Origin: Nocardioidaceae bacterium
GTDB taxonomy: Bacteria; Actinomycetota; Actinomycetes; Propionibacteriales; Nocardioidaceae
Direction: 5' to 3'
Assembly: GCA_030447805.1 (NCBI GenBank)
Contig: JAUJOE010000001.1
Location: 8,262 to 72,261 of the forward strand
DNA length: 64,000 nucleotides
Shown here: piece by piece, positions 12,145 through 21,585 of the stretch
Layout: every line of letters begins with the position of its first letter
Position numbering within the stretch: the stretch's first letter is position 1
The notes under the pieces: model-generated
Seen by the model: the letters and a program-made list of their open reading frames with translations, nothing else
What the model was told of the DNA's origin: nothing
Databases searched by the model: none
Position numbers and translations under genes: made by a program

Positions 12145-12528
12145 ATGCGACGCTTGGTCACTGTGGCTGCTTGTCTTGCCATCGGTGGGCTGACCTCATG
12201 CACTGGCGAAGAGCAGCCAGGGTTGATGCCCGAGAAGGACTCCAGCAGCGTGAGCCTTGAGGTTCGACGTGACGTCATGTTGACCGACGCGCCCCATGGA
12301 GACGAAGTTATCCATGAACTGGCGCAGGGACGGCGGGCCATCGGCATCTGCTTCGTTCCTCCCGCACGCACTGAAGACGGCCACCTCGGCAGCCAAGTCA
12401 AGATTCAGACGCGGGGTACTTCCGGGTACGCCGCTGTGCAGGACCTTCTGGAGAACTCAGAGCGGCGAGATACGTTCGACTTGGACGAGGCCGCCCTGAA
12501 GTCCCAGTTGCCGAACTGTCCTGAGTGA
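12145..12528 (+). CDS. putative lipoprotein
   Basis: ORF 12034..12528 trimmed to ATG 12145. Signal peptide plus lipobox MRRLVTVAACLAIGGLTSC. Region is visibly lower in GC. Confidence 0.55.
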   Translation: MRRLVTVAACLAIGGLTSCTGEEQPGLMPEKDSSSVSLEVRRDVMLTDAPHGDEVIHELAQGRRAIGICFVPPARTEDGHLGSQVKIQTRGTSGYAAVQDLLENSERRDTFDLDEAALKSQLPNCPE

Positions 12529-12583
12529 ACCGCCCTCGACGTGCACGCTCATCGGCATTATGTGGGTGATCGGTGTCAAGGGT

Positions 12584-13828
12584 TCATGATGCTGCGCTGT
12601 CATCGACTTTGTTGAGCAGGTTGGTGAAGGGGTCGGCTCTGTGGTCTTGGTCCTTGGCTTCGGCGTCGTTGTGTTGGGCTTGCAGGGTGGGGCGGAATTC
12701 GATGCTGGTCTGGAAGAAGGTGCAGGTTTCGCAGATGGATTCGAAAGCGCAGTCGAGCTTGGCTGGTCGGGTGCAGTGGCCGTTGCCGAGTAGGCGGTGG
12801 TGCTCGCGGCGGAGTTTGGCCATCTTCGGTCCGATGGCGTCGGCGGGCAGCGGCTCGGCTTGCGCGTAGAGGGCGTCGATCTGGTCGGTGACGGCGAAGT
12901 ATTCATCGGCGACGGTGCGGTTGGCGATCTTGGCGTAGCGCAGGGTCATGTCCAGGCTGCGATGTCCGAGCATCGCGGCGATCGCTTCGAGCGACATGCC
13001 TCGGTTGATGGCCTGGGTGGCCAGGGTGTGGCGCAGCTGGTGGGGGTGGATGTGCGGCAGTCCGGCAGCGGCGCCAGCCTTGTTCAAGAACCGGGTGATT
13101 GTGTGCCGGTCCAGCGGCCGGCCGTTCTCTCGCGGGAGCAGCAGCGGATGATCTGCTGGGACGTGGGCGGCGCGGTAGTCGTCGATCAGCTGCACCAGGT
13201 GTGGGTGCAGCGGCAGGTAGCGGTCCTCGCGGAGCTTGCCGACCGGGACGTGCAGCCAGGGCGCGGCGCCGATCTGGACCACGGCGTCAGCGGGGAGCGC
13301 AGTGAACTCGCTGACCCGCAGCCCGGTGCGCAGGAGAACCTCGACGGTGACCCTCACCAGCAGCCGCTTGTCGTTCGCAGCGGTGCGCAGCAGCTTCGCG
13401 GCCGCGGCGTCGTCGAGTGCCTTGGGCAGCGGGTGGTCCTGTCGGGGCAGGTCGCCGGGGAACATCGGCACCCGTGGTGGCGCCTCGTCCCAGCCCCATT
13501 CGTCGATGCGGACAAAGAACATCCGCAGCGTGCCGAGCCGGTGCGCCAGGGTGGCGGTGGTGACCCGGGCCTTGTTCTGTCCGGGTCGTTTGGCCAACCA
13601 GGGCTTGTAGTCCTCGACGTGCCGCCGGGTCACCTGCGCGATGGAGGTGACCTCGGGGGCGGTCTCGACGAGGAACCCAGCGAACGCTCGCAGTGCCTGG
13701 TCGGTGTTGTTCACGCTGCCCGGCCTGAGCACGCAGGCGATCTGCTCGAGGTAGCGACGCATCGGCTCGGTGATCTGCGGGCGCGCCGCCAGCTCCGGCC
13801 AGGTGGGCAGCAGCAGCGGCCCGCTCAC
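12584..13828 (-). CDS. tyrosine recombinase/integrase with Cys-rich C-terminal tail
   Basis: 414 aa. Catalytic signature LRTGLRVSE...HQLRHTLAT...LGHRSLDMTLRYAKI. Tail GHCTRPAKLDCAFESICETCTFFQT. Start overlaps the stop of the upstream recombinase (ATGA). Confidence 0.85.
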   Translation of the reverse strand: MSGPLLLPTWPELAARPQITEPMRRYLEQIACVLRPGSVNNTDQALRAFAGFLVETAPEVTSIAQVTRRHVEDYKPWLAKRPGQNKARVTTATLAHRLGTLRMFFVRIDEWGWDEAPPRVPMFPGDLPRQDHPLPKALDDAAAAKLLRTAANDKRLLVRVTVEVLLRTGLRVSEFTALPADAVVQIGAAPWLHVPVGKLREDRYLPLHPHLVQLIDDYRAAHVPADHPLLLPRENGRPLDRHTITRFLNKAGAAAGLPHIHPHQLRHTLATQAINRGMSLEAIAAMLGHRSLDMTLRYAKIANRTVADEYFAVTDQIDALYAQAEPLPADAIGPKMAKLRREHHRLLGNGHCTRPAKLDCAFESICETCTFFQTSIEFRPTLQAQHNDAEAKDQDHRADPFTNLLNKVDDSAAS

Positions 13829-14892
13829 CGGGGGCTCCCACCGATGGTGTTCGGCTGGCCGGCGTAGAGCTGGGCGTCGAGCACCTCGGCGGCCCTCCGG
13901 TACTGAGAGGCCAGCCAGTCATCGGCCAGGTGCAGGTAGATCCGGGTGGACTCGATCGAGGCATGCCCGGCCTGGGCCTGCACCGCCTCCAACGCCATCC
14001 CGGCTTCCCGGAGCCGGGTCAGGCAGGTGTGCCGCAACTCGTGACAGGTCGCATGGGTCAGGCCGGCCCGTCGTCGGGCGCCGGTTAGCACCTCGTCCAA
14101 TCCCTTGGCGGACAAGGGTCTCCCGCGGTTGGGTCCCTTGAGCACCACGAACACCCGGTCGGTGTCCGCGTCGGCTGGCCGCTCGGTCTCCAAGTAGGCC
14201 GCGACAGCGGTGAAGAACCGCGTCGAGACCGGGACCAGTCGCTGGTGTCCGCCCTTGCCGTCGGCGATGAACACTCGCCGTTCGGCGACCCGCAGGTCCT
14301 CCAGCCGCAAGCCCAGCACCTCACAGCGGCGCAGCCCGCCGAACACCATCGCGGCCACCATCGCCCGGTCCCGGTGCCTGCGAAGTGCGGCGGTCAACGC
14401 ATCCACCTCGGCCGGGGTGAGGATCCGCGGCAGCCTGCGGGTCCGTCGAGTCAGAGGCACACCTTGTCCCGGCCGGGACCGCTCCCGTCGTGTCGGCAGA
14501 CCCCGGGGCACCGGGTTCGCGGTGATGTCGCCGCGCGCCTGCAGGTAGCCGAAGAAGCCAGAGATGATCGACAACCGTCGCGCCACCGTGCTGATCGCCA
14601 CCCCGCTGGGCTCCTCGCCAGCATCCACCGGCTGCACGATCGCTCCGTCCCTGCGGCCGGTGCGCTGGGCAGTGATGAACCCGAGCACGTCGGCCGAGCG
14701 GACCTCATCTGGGGGCTTACCGACGACGCCGAAGAACACCCGTAGGTCGTACCCGGCGGCCAACACCGTGTTCGGTCGGCACCGGCCCTCCAAAAACTCC
14801 AGGTAGCCGTCGACCAACGGCATCGAGAGCCGCACCACCGGTTCGCCGGACGGTCCTCGAGAACGGATCAGGCACGGATCGGACAGTGACAT
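13825..14892 (-). CDS. tyrosine recombinase/integrase
   Basis: ORF 13825..15090 trimmed to ATG 14892 (MSLSDPCLIRSRG). Signature GGLRRCE...HELRHTCLT...AGHASIESTRIYLHL. Confidence 0.85.
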   Translation of the reverse strand: MSLSDPCLIRSRGPSGEPVVRLSMPLVDGYLEFLEGRCRPNTVLAAGYDLRVFFGVVGKPPDEVRSADVLGFITAQRTGRRDGAIVQPVDAGEEPSGVAISTVARRLSIISGFFGYLQARGDITANPVPRGLPTRRERSRPGQGVPLTRRTRRLPRILTPAEVDALTAALRRHRDRAMVAAMVFGGLRRCEVLGLRLEDLRVAERRVFIADGKGGHQRLVPVSTRFFTAVAAYLETERPADADTDRVFVVLKGPNRGRPLSAKGLDEVLTGARRRAGLTHATCHELRHTCLTRLREAGMALEAVQAQAGHASIESTRIYLHLADDWLASQYRRAAEVLDAQLYAGQPNTIGGSPR

Positions 14893-15093
14893 CTCGATGC
14901 CTCCAGCTCCATCGACAGGCAGCCACAACGGCTCATCGAAATGTTCCGGAAGATCACCGGCATAACAAGCATGAGAGTGCGTTCGAACGCCCAGGCGTCC
15001 GCAGCCTTGTATGCGCGACGCACGCCAGGTTCGCCCGCCCGTCGGTGTGGAAAAAGTGGCCCTATCAATGGAACCTGAGCAGCCTGCCAACCC

Positions 15094-16562
15094 GGCTCTT
15101 CGGAGTTACGCATGGGTGGGCCTTGCTCTGTAGGGCCGGGTTCCGTCGGCGGCCAGCAGGATGCGTAGTCGGTAGTTGGTGAAGTTGCGGAACCCGTGGG
15201 CTAGGCGCCTGGTCTTCTCGATGACCAGGTTGATGGCTTCGGTGCCGCCGTTGGAGACCCCGCCGGTGGCGAAGTAGGCCAGGATTTGGGTCCGCCAGGC
15301 CCGCAGCGTCCGGCCCAGGCGTGCCAGTTCGGGGACCGGGCAGGTGTGCAGGGTGTCCAGCAACTTCTCGGTGATCGCTCGTCCTGTGGTCGGGGAGGTG
15401 GCGTGGTAGATCGACCGGAGCCGCTGGTAGACGCTCCAGGCCAGCTCGACCTCACCGTTCGGGTCGCCGATCGGGAGCCACCTGCGGAGACGTTCGCGTT
15501 GTCGGTCGGTGAGGTGCTCGACGCCGGTGAGTAGGGTCCGGCGGATACGGTACAGCGGGTCGTTCTTGTGGCCACGCCGGTGCAGTGTCTGCTGCTGCAC
15601 TCGCCGGCGGACCTCGTCAAGGGCGGTCGATCCGAGTTTGACGACATGGAAGGCGTCGAGCACCGCGACCGCGTCGGGCAACTGGTCGCGGATCGCGTTG
15701 GCATACCCGCGAAACGGGTCCAGCGCGGCGTGCTCGACGCTCACCGTGACCTCGAGGCCTTGCTCCTTGAGCCAGTCGGCGTAAGCAGTGCCGGTTCGGC
15801 CCTGGACTGCGTCCAACAGCCGAGCATGCAGGCAGCCACGTTCGTCGCGGGTCAGGTCGACCATGATCATGACCGCCCGGTTCTTCCCGCGCATCCCGGG
15901 CCGCCAGATGTGCTCATCGACCCCGAGCGCCTTGACCCCGCTCGTGCGACCCGGCCGCTTGACCCGCCGCTCAGCGGCGCCCTTGATCGCCTTCCACGCG
16001 GTGTGCCAGTCCACAGCGAGGTGTCGCGCGAGCGCGGAGACCGTGGTGTCGTCGTGCCGCAGCCCGTCGACGGCCCACTCGATCGCTCGGGTCGACAGCT
16101 TGGCCCTTGGTGCGGCGAACGGATGGGTCTCAGACCACGTCGAGACGGGGCAGGACTCCTCAGCGCAGCGCCAGACCCGTTTACGCCAACGCACCAGCAC
16201 CAGCCGCCCCAAGCACGGCGCGTCGTGCAACCGGTGCACCCGGCGGCCGTGGCCGACCGCGACCACCCCGCAGGTCGAGCAACCGGCCAGCGTCTGGTCG
16301 GTCTCCACGTCGAGGACCACTGAGCCGTCCTCACCGGTGCTGACGTCGACGACGTGGACGCCGTCGACACCAAAGATCTCATCGGTCCGCGCACACCACG
16401 ACGCGCCGGACCCACACGTACAGTGATCCACGTCAGGGCCTTCTCTTGATCAGGTTGCTTGGTCGCTCCTGATCGTGAAGGCCCTGTCCCGCCTCAGCCC
16501 TGCGCCACGCCGTTCACCGTCGCAGCCCCGGACGTTTCACCCACGCACAACTCCGAAGACCC
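15094..16562 (-). mobile_element. ISL3-family insertion sequence with about 25-bp terminal inverted repeats and 8-bp target-site duplication
   Basis: Left end is GGCTCTTCGGAGTTACGCATGGGTG. Reverse complement of the right end is GGGTCTTCGGAGTTGTGCGTGGGTG. Flanking direct repeat GCCAACCC at 15086-15093 and 16563-16570. Confidence 0.9.
15106..16431 (-). CDS. ISL3-family transposase
   Basis: 441 aa, uninterrupted. Zinc-finger-like N-terminus (CSTCGVVAVGHGRRVHRLHD...RVWRCAEESCP) and typical ISL3 C-terminal region (TNYRLRILLAA). Confidence 0.9.
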   Translation of the reverse strand: MDHCTCGSGASWCARTDEIFGVDGVHVVDVSTGEDGSVVLDVETDQTLAGCSTCGVVAVGHGRRVHRLHDAPCLGRLVLVRWRKRVWRCAEESCPVSTWSETHPFAAPRAKLSTRAIEWAVDGLRHDDTTVSALARHLAVDWHTAWKAIKGAAERRVKRPGRTSGVKALGVDEHIWRPGMRGKNRAVMIMVDLTRDERGCLHARLLDAVQGRTGTAYADWLKEQGLEVTVSVEHAALDPFRGYANAIRDQLPDAVAVLDAFHVVKLGSTALDEVRRRVQQQTLHRRGHKNDPLYRIRRTLLTGVEHLTDRQRERLRRWLPIGDPNGEVELAWSVYQRLRSIYHATSPTTGRAITEKLLDTLHTCPVPELARLGRTLRAWRTQILAYFATGGVSNGGTEAINLVIEKTRRLAHGFRNFTNYRLRILLAADGTRPYRARPTHA

Positions 16563-16614
16563 GCCAACCCGTCATGCTTAGTAAGGGCTACCTCTGAGGG
16601 GTTCTGCATGGAGC

Positions 16615-16769
16615 GTGACGAAGGACTTCACGGGTTACATGAGCGCCCGGTGGCCTGCTCTTGTGCGCTCAGCGGTTCTCCTTGGTTGCACCCCCGATGA
16701 GGCAGAAGACTTGGTGCAGACAGCGTTGGCGCGTTGCTACGTGTCTTGGTCGAAGGTGGCTCGCGTTAA
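16615..16769 (+). pseudogene. ECF sigma factor, 5-prime fragment (region 2), cut by the IS1380-family element
   Basis: Own translation from GTG 16615: VTKDFTGYMSARWPALVRSAVLLGCTPDEAEDLVQTALARCYVSWSKVARV. Same architecture as the sigma at 28220-28823. Confidence 0.75.
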
Positions 16770-16922
16770 CCCCGGTCTTTCATGAGGGTGGCGCGGTCGA
16801 CGGATTGTCGGCTTGACCGTTGTGGGGGCGCGAGAAAGTGGCGTCGGGTACGACGCTTCGTCGGCTGGCGCTGCCGGGCTGCGGTTCTCCGGGTTCCTCG
16901 GGGTCGTGGGTGGACGGGGTGG

Positions 16923-18323
16923 TCAGGCTGGTTGTGGGATGGCCGCGATGTTGGCGAAGACCGCAACGATCGCGGCCGCCCATGGCCAGGAGTTCGGGAT
17001 CTTGAGCCGTCGACGTCGGGCGGTGTGGGTGAGGCGGGCAGGGACGTGCAGGAATCGGTAGCGCAGCGCTTTCGGCTCACATGCAGCGAGTACCGCGGCG
17101 TCGCCGGTGAGGGCGAGCAGTCGGGTCCAGGCGGTCAGGTCAGCGGCGAGGGCGGTGGCCATCAGCCAGGCCTGGTTGATCTTGAACTCCCGGGAGGGGA
17201 ATCGGCCCAGGCCGGTGTCCTTGGCGTGCCGGATCCGGTCCTCGACCCGGGCGTGGGCACGATGGCGGGCTTCGAGGAACGCGAGTTGTCCGGTCGCGGT
17301 GTTGGTGGCGATGGCTTGGTAGCGCCAGCCGTCGCGCTCCTCGAACAAGGACAGCTGGGCCCCGGGGTGGGGGCGTTCCCTACGCACAATGATCCGCATC
17401 CCGTCGGGCCACGAGCCCAAGTCGAGCAGGCCGGTCAGTTCGGCGACGTCGCCGCCCTCACGGATCTTGCCGTCGGCGTCGGCGGCAGGTGTCCACACCT
17501 GCTTGGGGATGAACTTGATGGCCTCGCGGACCGGCTCAGTGATCGGGTAGCCGACGCTGTACTCCACGCGGCGGCCGCGGACCTTGCCTTGTTCGGTGAG
17601 CCAGTCCAGCAGCTGGTGGGAGGCCCGGCGCCGTCGGCCCGGACCAGCAGATCCTTGCGATGGGTAGTCGGGATCTGGACGATCGCTTCGGTGAGCACCT
17701 TGATGTGGTCCGCGGCGGTGTTGGAGTAGGCCCTCCCGGTGCGCAGCATGCCGGTGAGGAACTCACCGGTGTTGTCGCACCACACCGCGAGCGGGTGGAA
17801 CCCGAAGGTGCCCTTGAACGTCGGCGAGGCGTTCTCCTTCTCGGAGTGTGCGATCACGATCGTGGCATCGACATCGAGCACCACCGTCGCGCCGAGGTCG
17901 GTGCCGGCGACCTTCGAGGCGGGCGCACCCCGGGGTCGCTGGCAGCCAGTTGCGCCCAGACGTGGCGACGCACCCGGGCACGAGCGGCAGCGATCTTCTT
18001 CAACCGCGTCGACGTGACCTCATCCAGGGTCCGCCACACCGTCGGCGGGGACGCCACCGGACCGAGCACCTGGCCCTGGTGACGCAGCACGTCGATGTCG
18101 GCGATCGCCTCACCGCCATCAGCGATCATCGTCGCAACATCGACCAAGACCCGGCCACGGTCGTGAACCGGGGTGAACGATCGCTGCGCCATTGCCTTGG
18201 ACAACTCGGCCGTGAGACCGACGCGATCGGCCAGCAGACGCAGCCCGACGCTGCCGCGTGGGCCACCACGCCGGTCCCATCACCAGTGACAGACAAGCCA
18301 GCCGACCACGAAGTACGCTTCAC
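16923..18323 (-). pseudogene. IS1380-family transposase, about three frame changes as sequenced
   Basis: Segments lie in ORFs 18126..18323 (MKRTSWSAGLSVTGDGTGVVAHA), 17854..18204, 17435..17884 (MVLDVDATIVIAHSEKE...FGFHPL) and 16923..17567 (C-terminal part). Confidence 0.8.
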
Positions 18324-18558
18324 CTACGGAGTGCCTTCCACGCGGGAGATCTTGAGTCCTCGCAAACCCGCTGCGCCATTGCCTTGGACAACTCGGCCGT
18401 GAGACCGACGCGATCGGCCAGCAGACGCAGCCCGACGCTGTAGCTGCGTGGGCCACCACGCCGGTCCCATCACCAGTGACAGACAAGCCGCCGACCACGA
18501 AGTACGCTTCACCTACGGAGTGCCTTCCACGCGGGAGATCTTGAGTCCTCGCAAACCC
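18183..18558. repeat. tandem duplication (187 + 189 nt) of the IS1380 5-prime region including the transposase start
   Basis: Unit GCTGCGCCATTGCCTTGGACAACTCGG...GAGTCCTCGCAAACCC occurs at 18183-18369 and 18370-18558 with small indels. Both copies encode MKRTSWSA... Confidence 0.85.
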
Positions 18559-18635
18559 AAGTTTCCCTGCTGGGCAGGCACTTCCGTGCTTCTACGCGCC
18601 GATAACGCACCCGACCCGTGAACGATCCGGGTTAA

Positions 18636-18969
18636 TGACCGTGACGCCTACGTGTACCGGGTCTTGGTGAACCTGTCGGGCATGAGGGAACGCGAATTTC
18701 TGCTGGTGGTGGCGGTGCCAGTGAAGATGAAGGTGGTATATCGGACGGGCTGCTACGGCTGCTCGTCTGCCAGGTTTCTGACTCAGTCCTCTACATTCAC
18801 GACACGCTGCCGCCTCTATAATTGCAAGGGTAAGGGCTGCAATTGGCACACCACCCAACTACCCGACCGGCTGGACGTGCAGCGGGCTACCGTCAAAGCA
18901 TGGGCACGGCAGCAAGGTCACCGAATCGTCTTCGAGACAAGCGATGTGGGAAGCGGCGTGGTTCTTTGA
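18636..18969 (+). pseudogene. ECF sigma factor, 3-prime fragment (end of region 2 plus region 4)
   Basis: NDRDAYVYRVLVNLSGMRERE... and a region 4.2-like LDVQRATVKAWARQ. In frame with 16615-16769 once the IS is removed. Lower GC. Confidence 0.65.
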
Positions 18970-19017
18970 CGCCTGCCAACATTTGAGTCTCAGAAGCGGC
19001 TGCTGTTGCTAACGTGG

Positions 19018-19406
19018 TCAGTGACAGTAAATGACGTAGTCCATCAACCATCCACCGGACGAAGTGCGAACTATTTCTACCCTCGCACGCAGGGTTCCGT
19101 CGTTATGGGAGATGAAACCGAGCACAGGGCGACGATCACGATGGATCATCCGTAGGTGGTCGTAGTGGTCAGCACCTTTAGCTGTCATCAACGGCCTGAC
19201 CGCTTGCCTCGGAGTAGGGAAGCCCTTGGTTCCTGCCATATAGTCCATAAAACCGTGAGTTCGCTCCGAACCTTCGCAGTGGCGCTGAACCGCTCCCGGT
19301 GTCTTGGAGTTCCCCTCCACACTGGCGTCCCCGCTCTGGGGCTAGCACAGGCCGCGACGGTCACCAGAGTCGCTGCTACGGCCAGAGCAACCCTCGAACG
19401 GCCCAT
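19018..19406 (-). CDS. putative lipoprotein, one frame change as sequenced
   Basis: AGGAGG then ATG 19406: MGRSRVALAVAATLVTVAACASP (lipobox) in ORF 19188..19406. Continues in the frame of ORF 19018..19320. Confidence 0.5.
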
Positions 19407-19409
19407 GCG

Positions 19410-19691
19410 TACCTCCTGCCAAGAACGTTACAGCCGGTCGAGCACCAGGAACCGTTTCGTGTCTCAAGCGTTACCGGTGGGCTCAACCCAGAGTTCGGGT
19501 TCGCGATCGTAGCGGCTCCACGAGGTCCCCCATCCTCGGTTCGCCTTAGCCGCTGGCTGTACGGCTTCCTTGGTGGCCTGCTTTGACCCGCCGTTTCTGT
19601 AGTCGCGGTGGGGTCGAGTGAGCTCTCGAGGAGTTCGCCGGTCTTGCGGTAGAGGACGCGGATCTTAGGCCGGTGTTCGGACGCGCACCGC
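19410..19691 (-). pseudogene. possible decayed MazF/PemK-like toxin remnant
   Basis: Only weak traces spread over three frames (GELLESSLDPTATTETAGQSRP resembles the GEIWxxDLDPTxGxExxGxRP motif; VEPLRSRTR). Placed directly after the MazE-like gene. Low confidence. Confidence 0.3.
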
Positions 19692-19910
19692 TCACACGGC
19701 GTCCGCCCAGCCCCAATCGACTGAGATGGCATCAACGAACGCCTGATCATCGGCATCATGCTCGCCCGCAGCGATGGCAGCCGACTGGCGGTGAGCTTCC
19801 GCGACAAACTCTGGAGCCCGTACGTCGGGCACCCACCTCTGAATAGGCCTGAGGCCCTGCTCGCGCAAACGCTGGCGATGTTCGCGTACCCGCTGTCTTG
19901 TGCTGGCCAT
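19692..19910 (-). CDS. DUF3018-type (MazE-like) antitoxin
   Basis: 72 aa: MASTRQRVREHRQRLREQGLRPIQRWVPDVRAPEFVAEAHRQS matches my memory of the DUF3018 antitoxin family. Confidence 0.7.
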   Translation of the reverse strand: MASTRQRVREHRQRLREQGLRPIQRWVPDVRAPEFVAEAHRQSAAIAAGEHDADDQAFVDAISVDWGWADAV

Positions 19911-20027
19911 GCGGGCAGCGTTACATGTAATGAGGTTTCGGTGCCAACTGGCCGTGCCTGCGCACGCGAAGGACTACGAGACCCTACCTGGGGGCAAGGG
20001 CACTGATGTCCCGGGCTTCATGTGGTG

Positions 20028-20042
20028 TTGCGCCCACTCGAC
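20028..20042 (+). repeat. candidate att-like direct repeat of the tRNA-Val 3-prime end
   Basis: TTGCGCCCACTCGAC compared with CTGCGCCCAC-CGAC at 11858-11871. Confidence 0.4.
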
Positions 20043-20054
20043 TGCACGTTGATG

Positions 20055-21496
20055 TCAGCCAAGACCGACGCGTTCGGTCGGGGTTGCGTTGTCCCCAGCG
20101 CCAAGGAGCGCTCTCGTCATGGCGTTGCGCGTGTCGAGAAGCTCCTCAAGGGCTGCATCGAGGTCTGCGGCTGAGACCGAGAGCGGTCCGTCTGCGACAT
20201 CGTCGCGGGCGGCAGCAAGCAGGGCAGCTCGACGCATCAGTTCCTTCAGGAAGGATGCGGTGACCCCCTCCGTCCGCTGCAGCACGCTGTCGAGGCGGCT
20301 CACATCGACATCGAGCTCGCCGCGGTACAGGTCGAACAGCCGTCGCCGTGCGTCAACATCGGGCAGCGTCAATTCAACCGCCTGGTCGACTCGCCCGGGG
20401 CGAGCCGCCAGCGCTGGTTCGAGCAGGTCCGCCCGGTTCGTCGTCAACACGAAAACCACGTCGGAGTCCTCGGCCAGCCCGTCCATCTCGTTGAGCAACT
20501 GGAACAGCATCGGATGATGACCGGGATGCATCCCGCGATCTTCCGCGATCAGGTCAACGTCTTCCACGACGAGCATCGCTGGGGCGAGCGTTCTCGCCAC
20601 CGAGCAGGCCTCGGCGATCAGGTGCAGCGCGCCGCCGGTCAGTTGGATGACCGTTGTATCGGTGAGACTGCCGATCAGGTAGCGCACGGTGTGCGCTTGC
20701 CGACACCCGGCGGGCCATACAACAGCAGTCCCCGCTTGAGATGCTGACCAGCAGCGAGCAAACGCCTCTTGTAACGGGCCACATCGACGACTTGGTGCTG
20801 GACTGCGCTCAGCGTCTCAGCCGGCAAGATCAGCTGATCGATGTCCATGATGGGTCGACGGTGGAAGTGCAGCAGCGTCTCCCCGTGACCAAACACCTCA
20901 CCGCCGAAGGACAGCACCTGCCTGCGGAACACATTGTGGACGACGGCCAGCTCTCTTATCTCGGCCGCAATCCGCAGAGCGTAGGCATCGTCGGTGCTGA
21001 CGACCTGCACGGTCAGCGGCTGGTGACGCTCACCGCCACGCAGCAGAGCCGCCGAGCGCCGCTCGCCTTCGCTGATCAGGTAGAGGCCGCAGCGGACACA
21101 CGCGCTCATCTCTCCGTCCGGTCCGCTGGCGAGGTTGATACGGGCCACGTTGCCGGGTCGCAGGCCGTGGTGGCCGCTGCCGAGCAGTAACTCCGCCAGT
21201 CCAAACTCGCGGTGTTGGAAGCCGACCACGCCGATCAATTCGTGAGTCACCGGAGCCTCGCGCAGCCAAGCATCGACGCCCGCCTGCACGTTTACCTGCT
21301 CGTACTGCGGCCACACCTCCTCGACGACAGCCCGGTCACCGCTGTCCGCGCCGAGATGGTCGCGAAGCAGCGACGAGAGCGTTACTCGCTCTGCGGCCCT
21401 GGCCGCTCCAACCACGCCGCGCACCCCACGACGTACCAACCGGCCCACGTCGGCCAGCTCGGGCCGCGGGACATCGCCATCAGAAGGGGACACCAT
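20055..21496 (-). CDS. AAA+ ATPase with ~230-aa N-terminal domain of unknown function, one frame change in Walker A as sequenced
   Basis: ORF 20675..21589 trimmed to ATG 21496, ending LLLYGPPGVGK. Continues in ORF 20055..20687 (Walker B MLVVEDVDL, LLNEMDG, TTNRADLLEPALARPGR). Confidence 0.8.
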
Positions 21497-21585
21497 CGGA
21501 CTCACCGGGCGGTATGAGAACCAGGTGCCGTGCGACTCGGCCAAGGCGGATCCTCTCGGTGCGGAGCGTGGTTCTCGACCGTATC

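Larger units (their letters stand above)
16770..18630 (-). mobile_element. IS1380-family insertion sequence (TTAA or GTTAA target duplication)
   Basis: Ends are CCCCGGTCTTTCATGAGGG and the reverse complement CCCGGATCGTTCACGGG. GTTAA is found at 16765-16769 and 18631-18635. Removing the element with one TTAA copy restores the sigma reading frame. Confidence 0.8.

Noticed and set aside
18183-18558. Tandem repeat examined as a possible CRISPR or minisatellite array
   Set aside because: There are only two units of about 187 nt, with no spacers. The units are the 5-prime end of the IS1380 transposase gene.
18652-18969. Cys-rich low-GC ORF (YRTGCYGCSS...CRLYNCKGKGCNWH) considered as a RiPP precursor or Cys-rich effector
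   Set aside because: It is in frame with, and completes, the IS-split ECF sigma gene. It begins with the conserved AYVYRVLVN segment and ends with a region 4.2-like TVKAWARQ helix.
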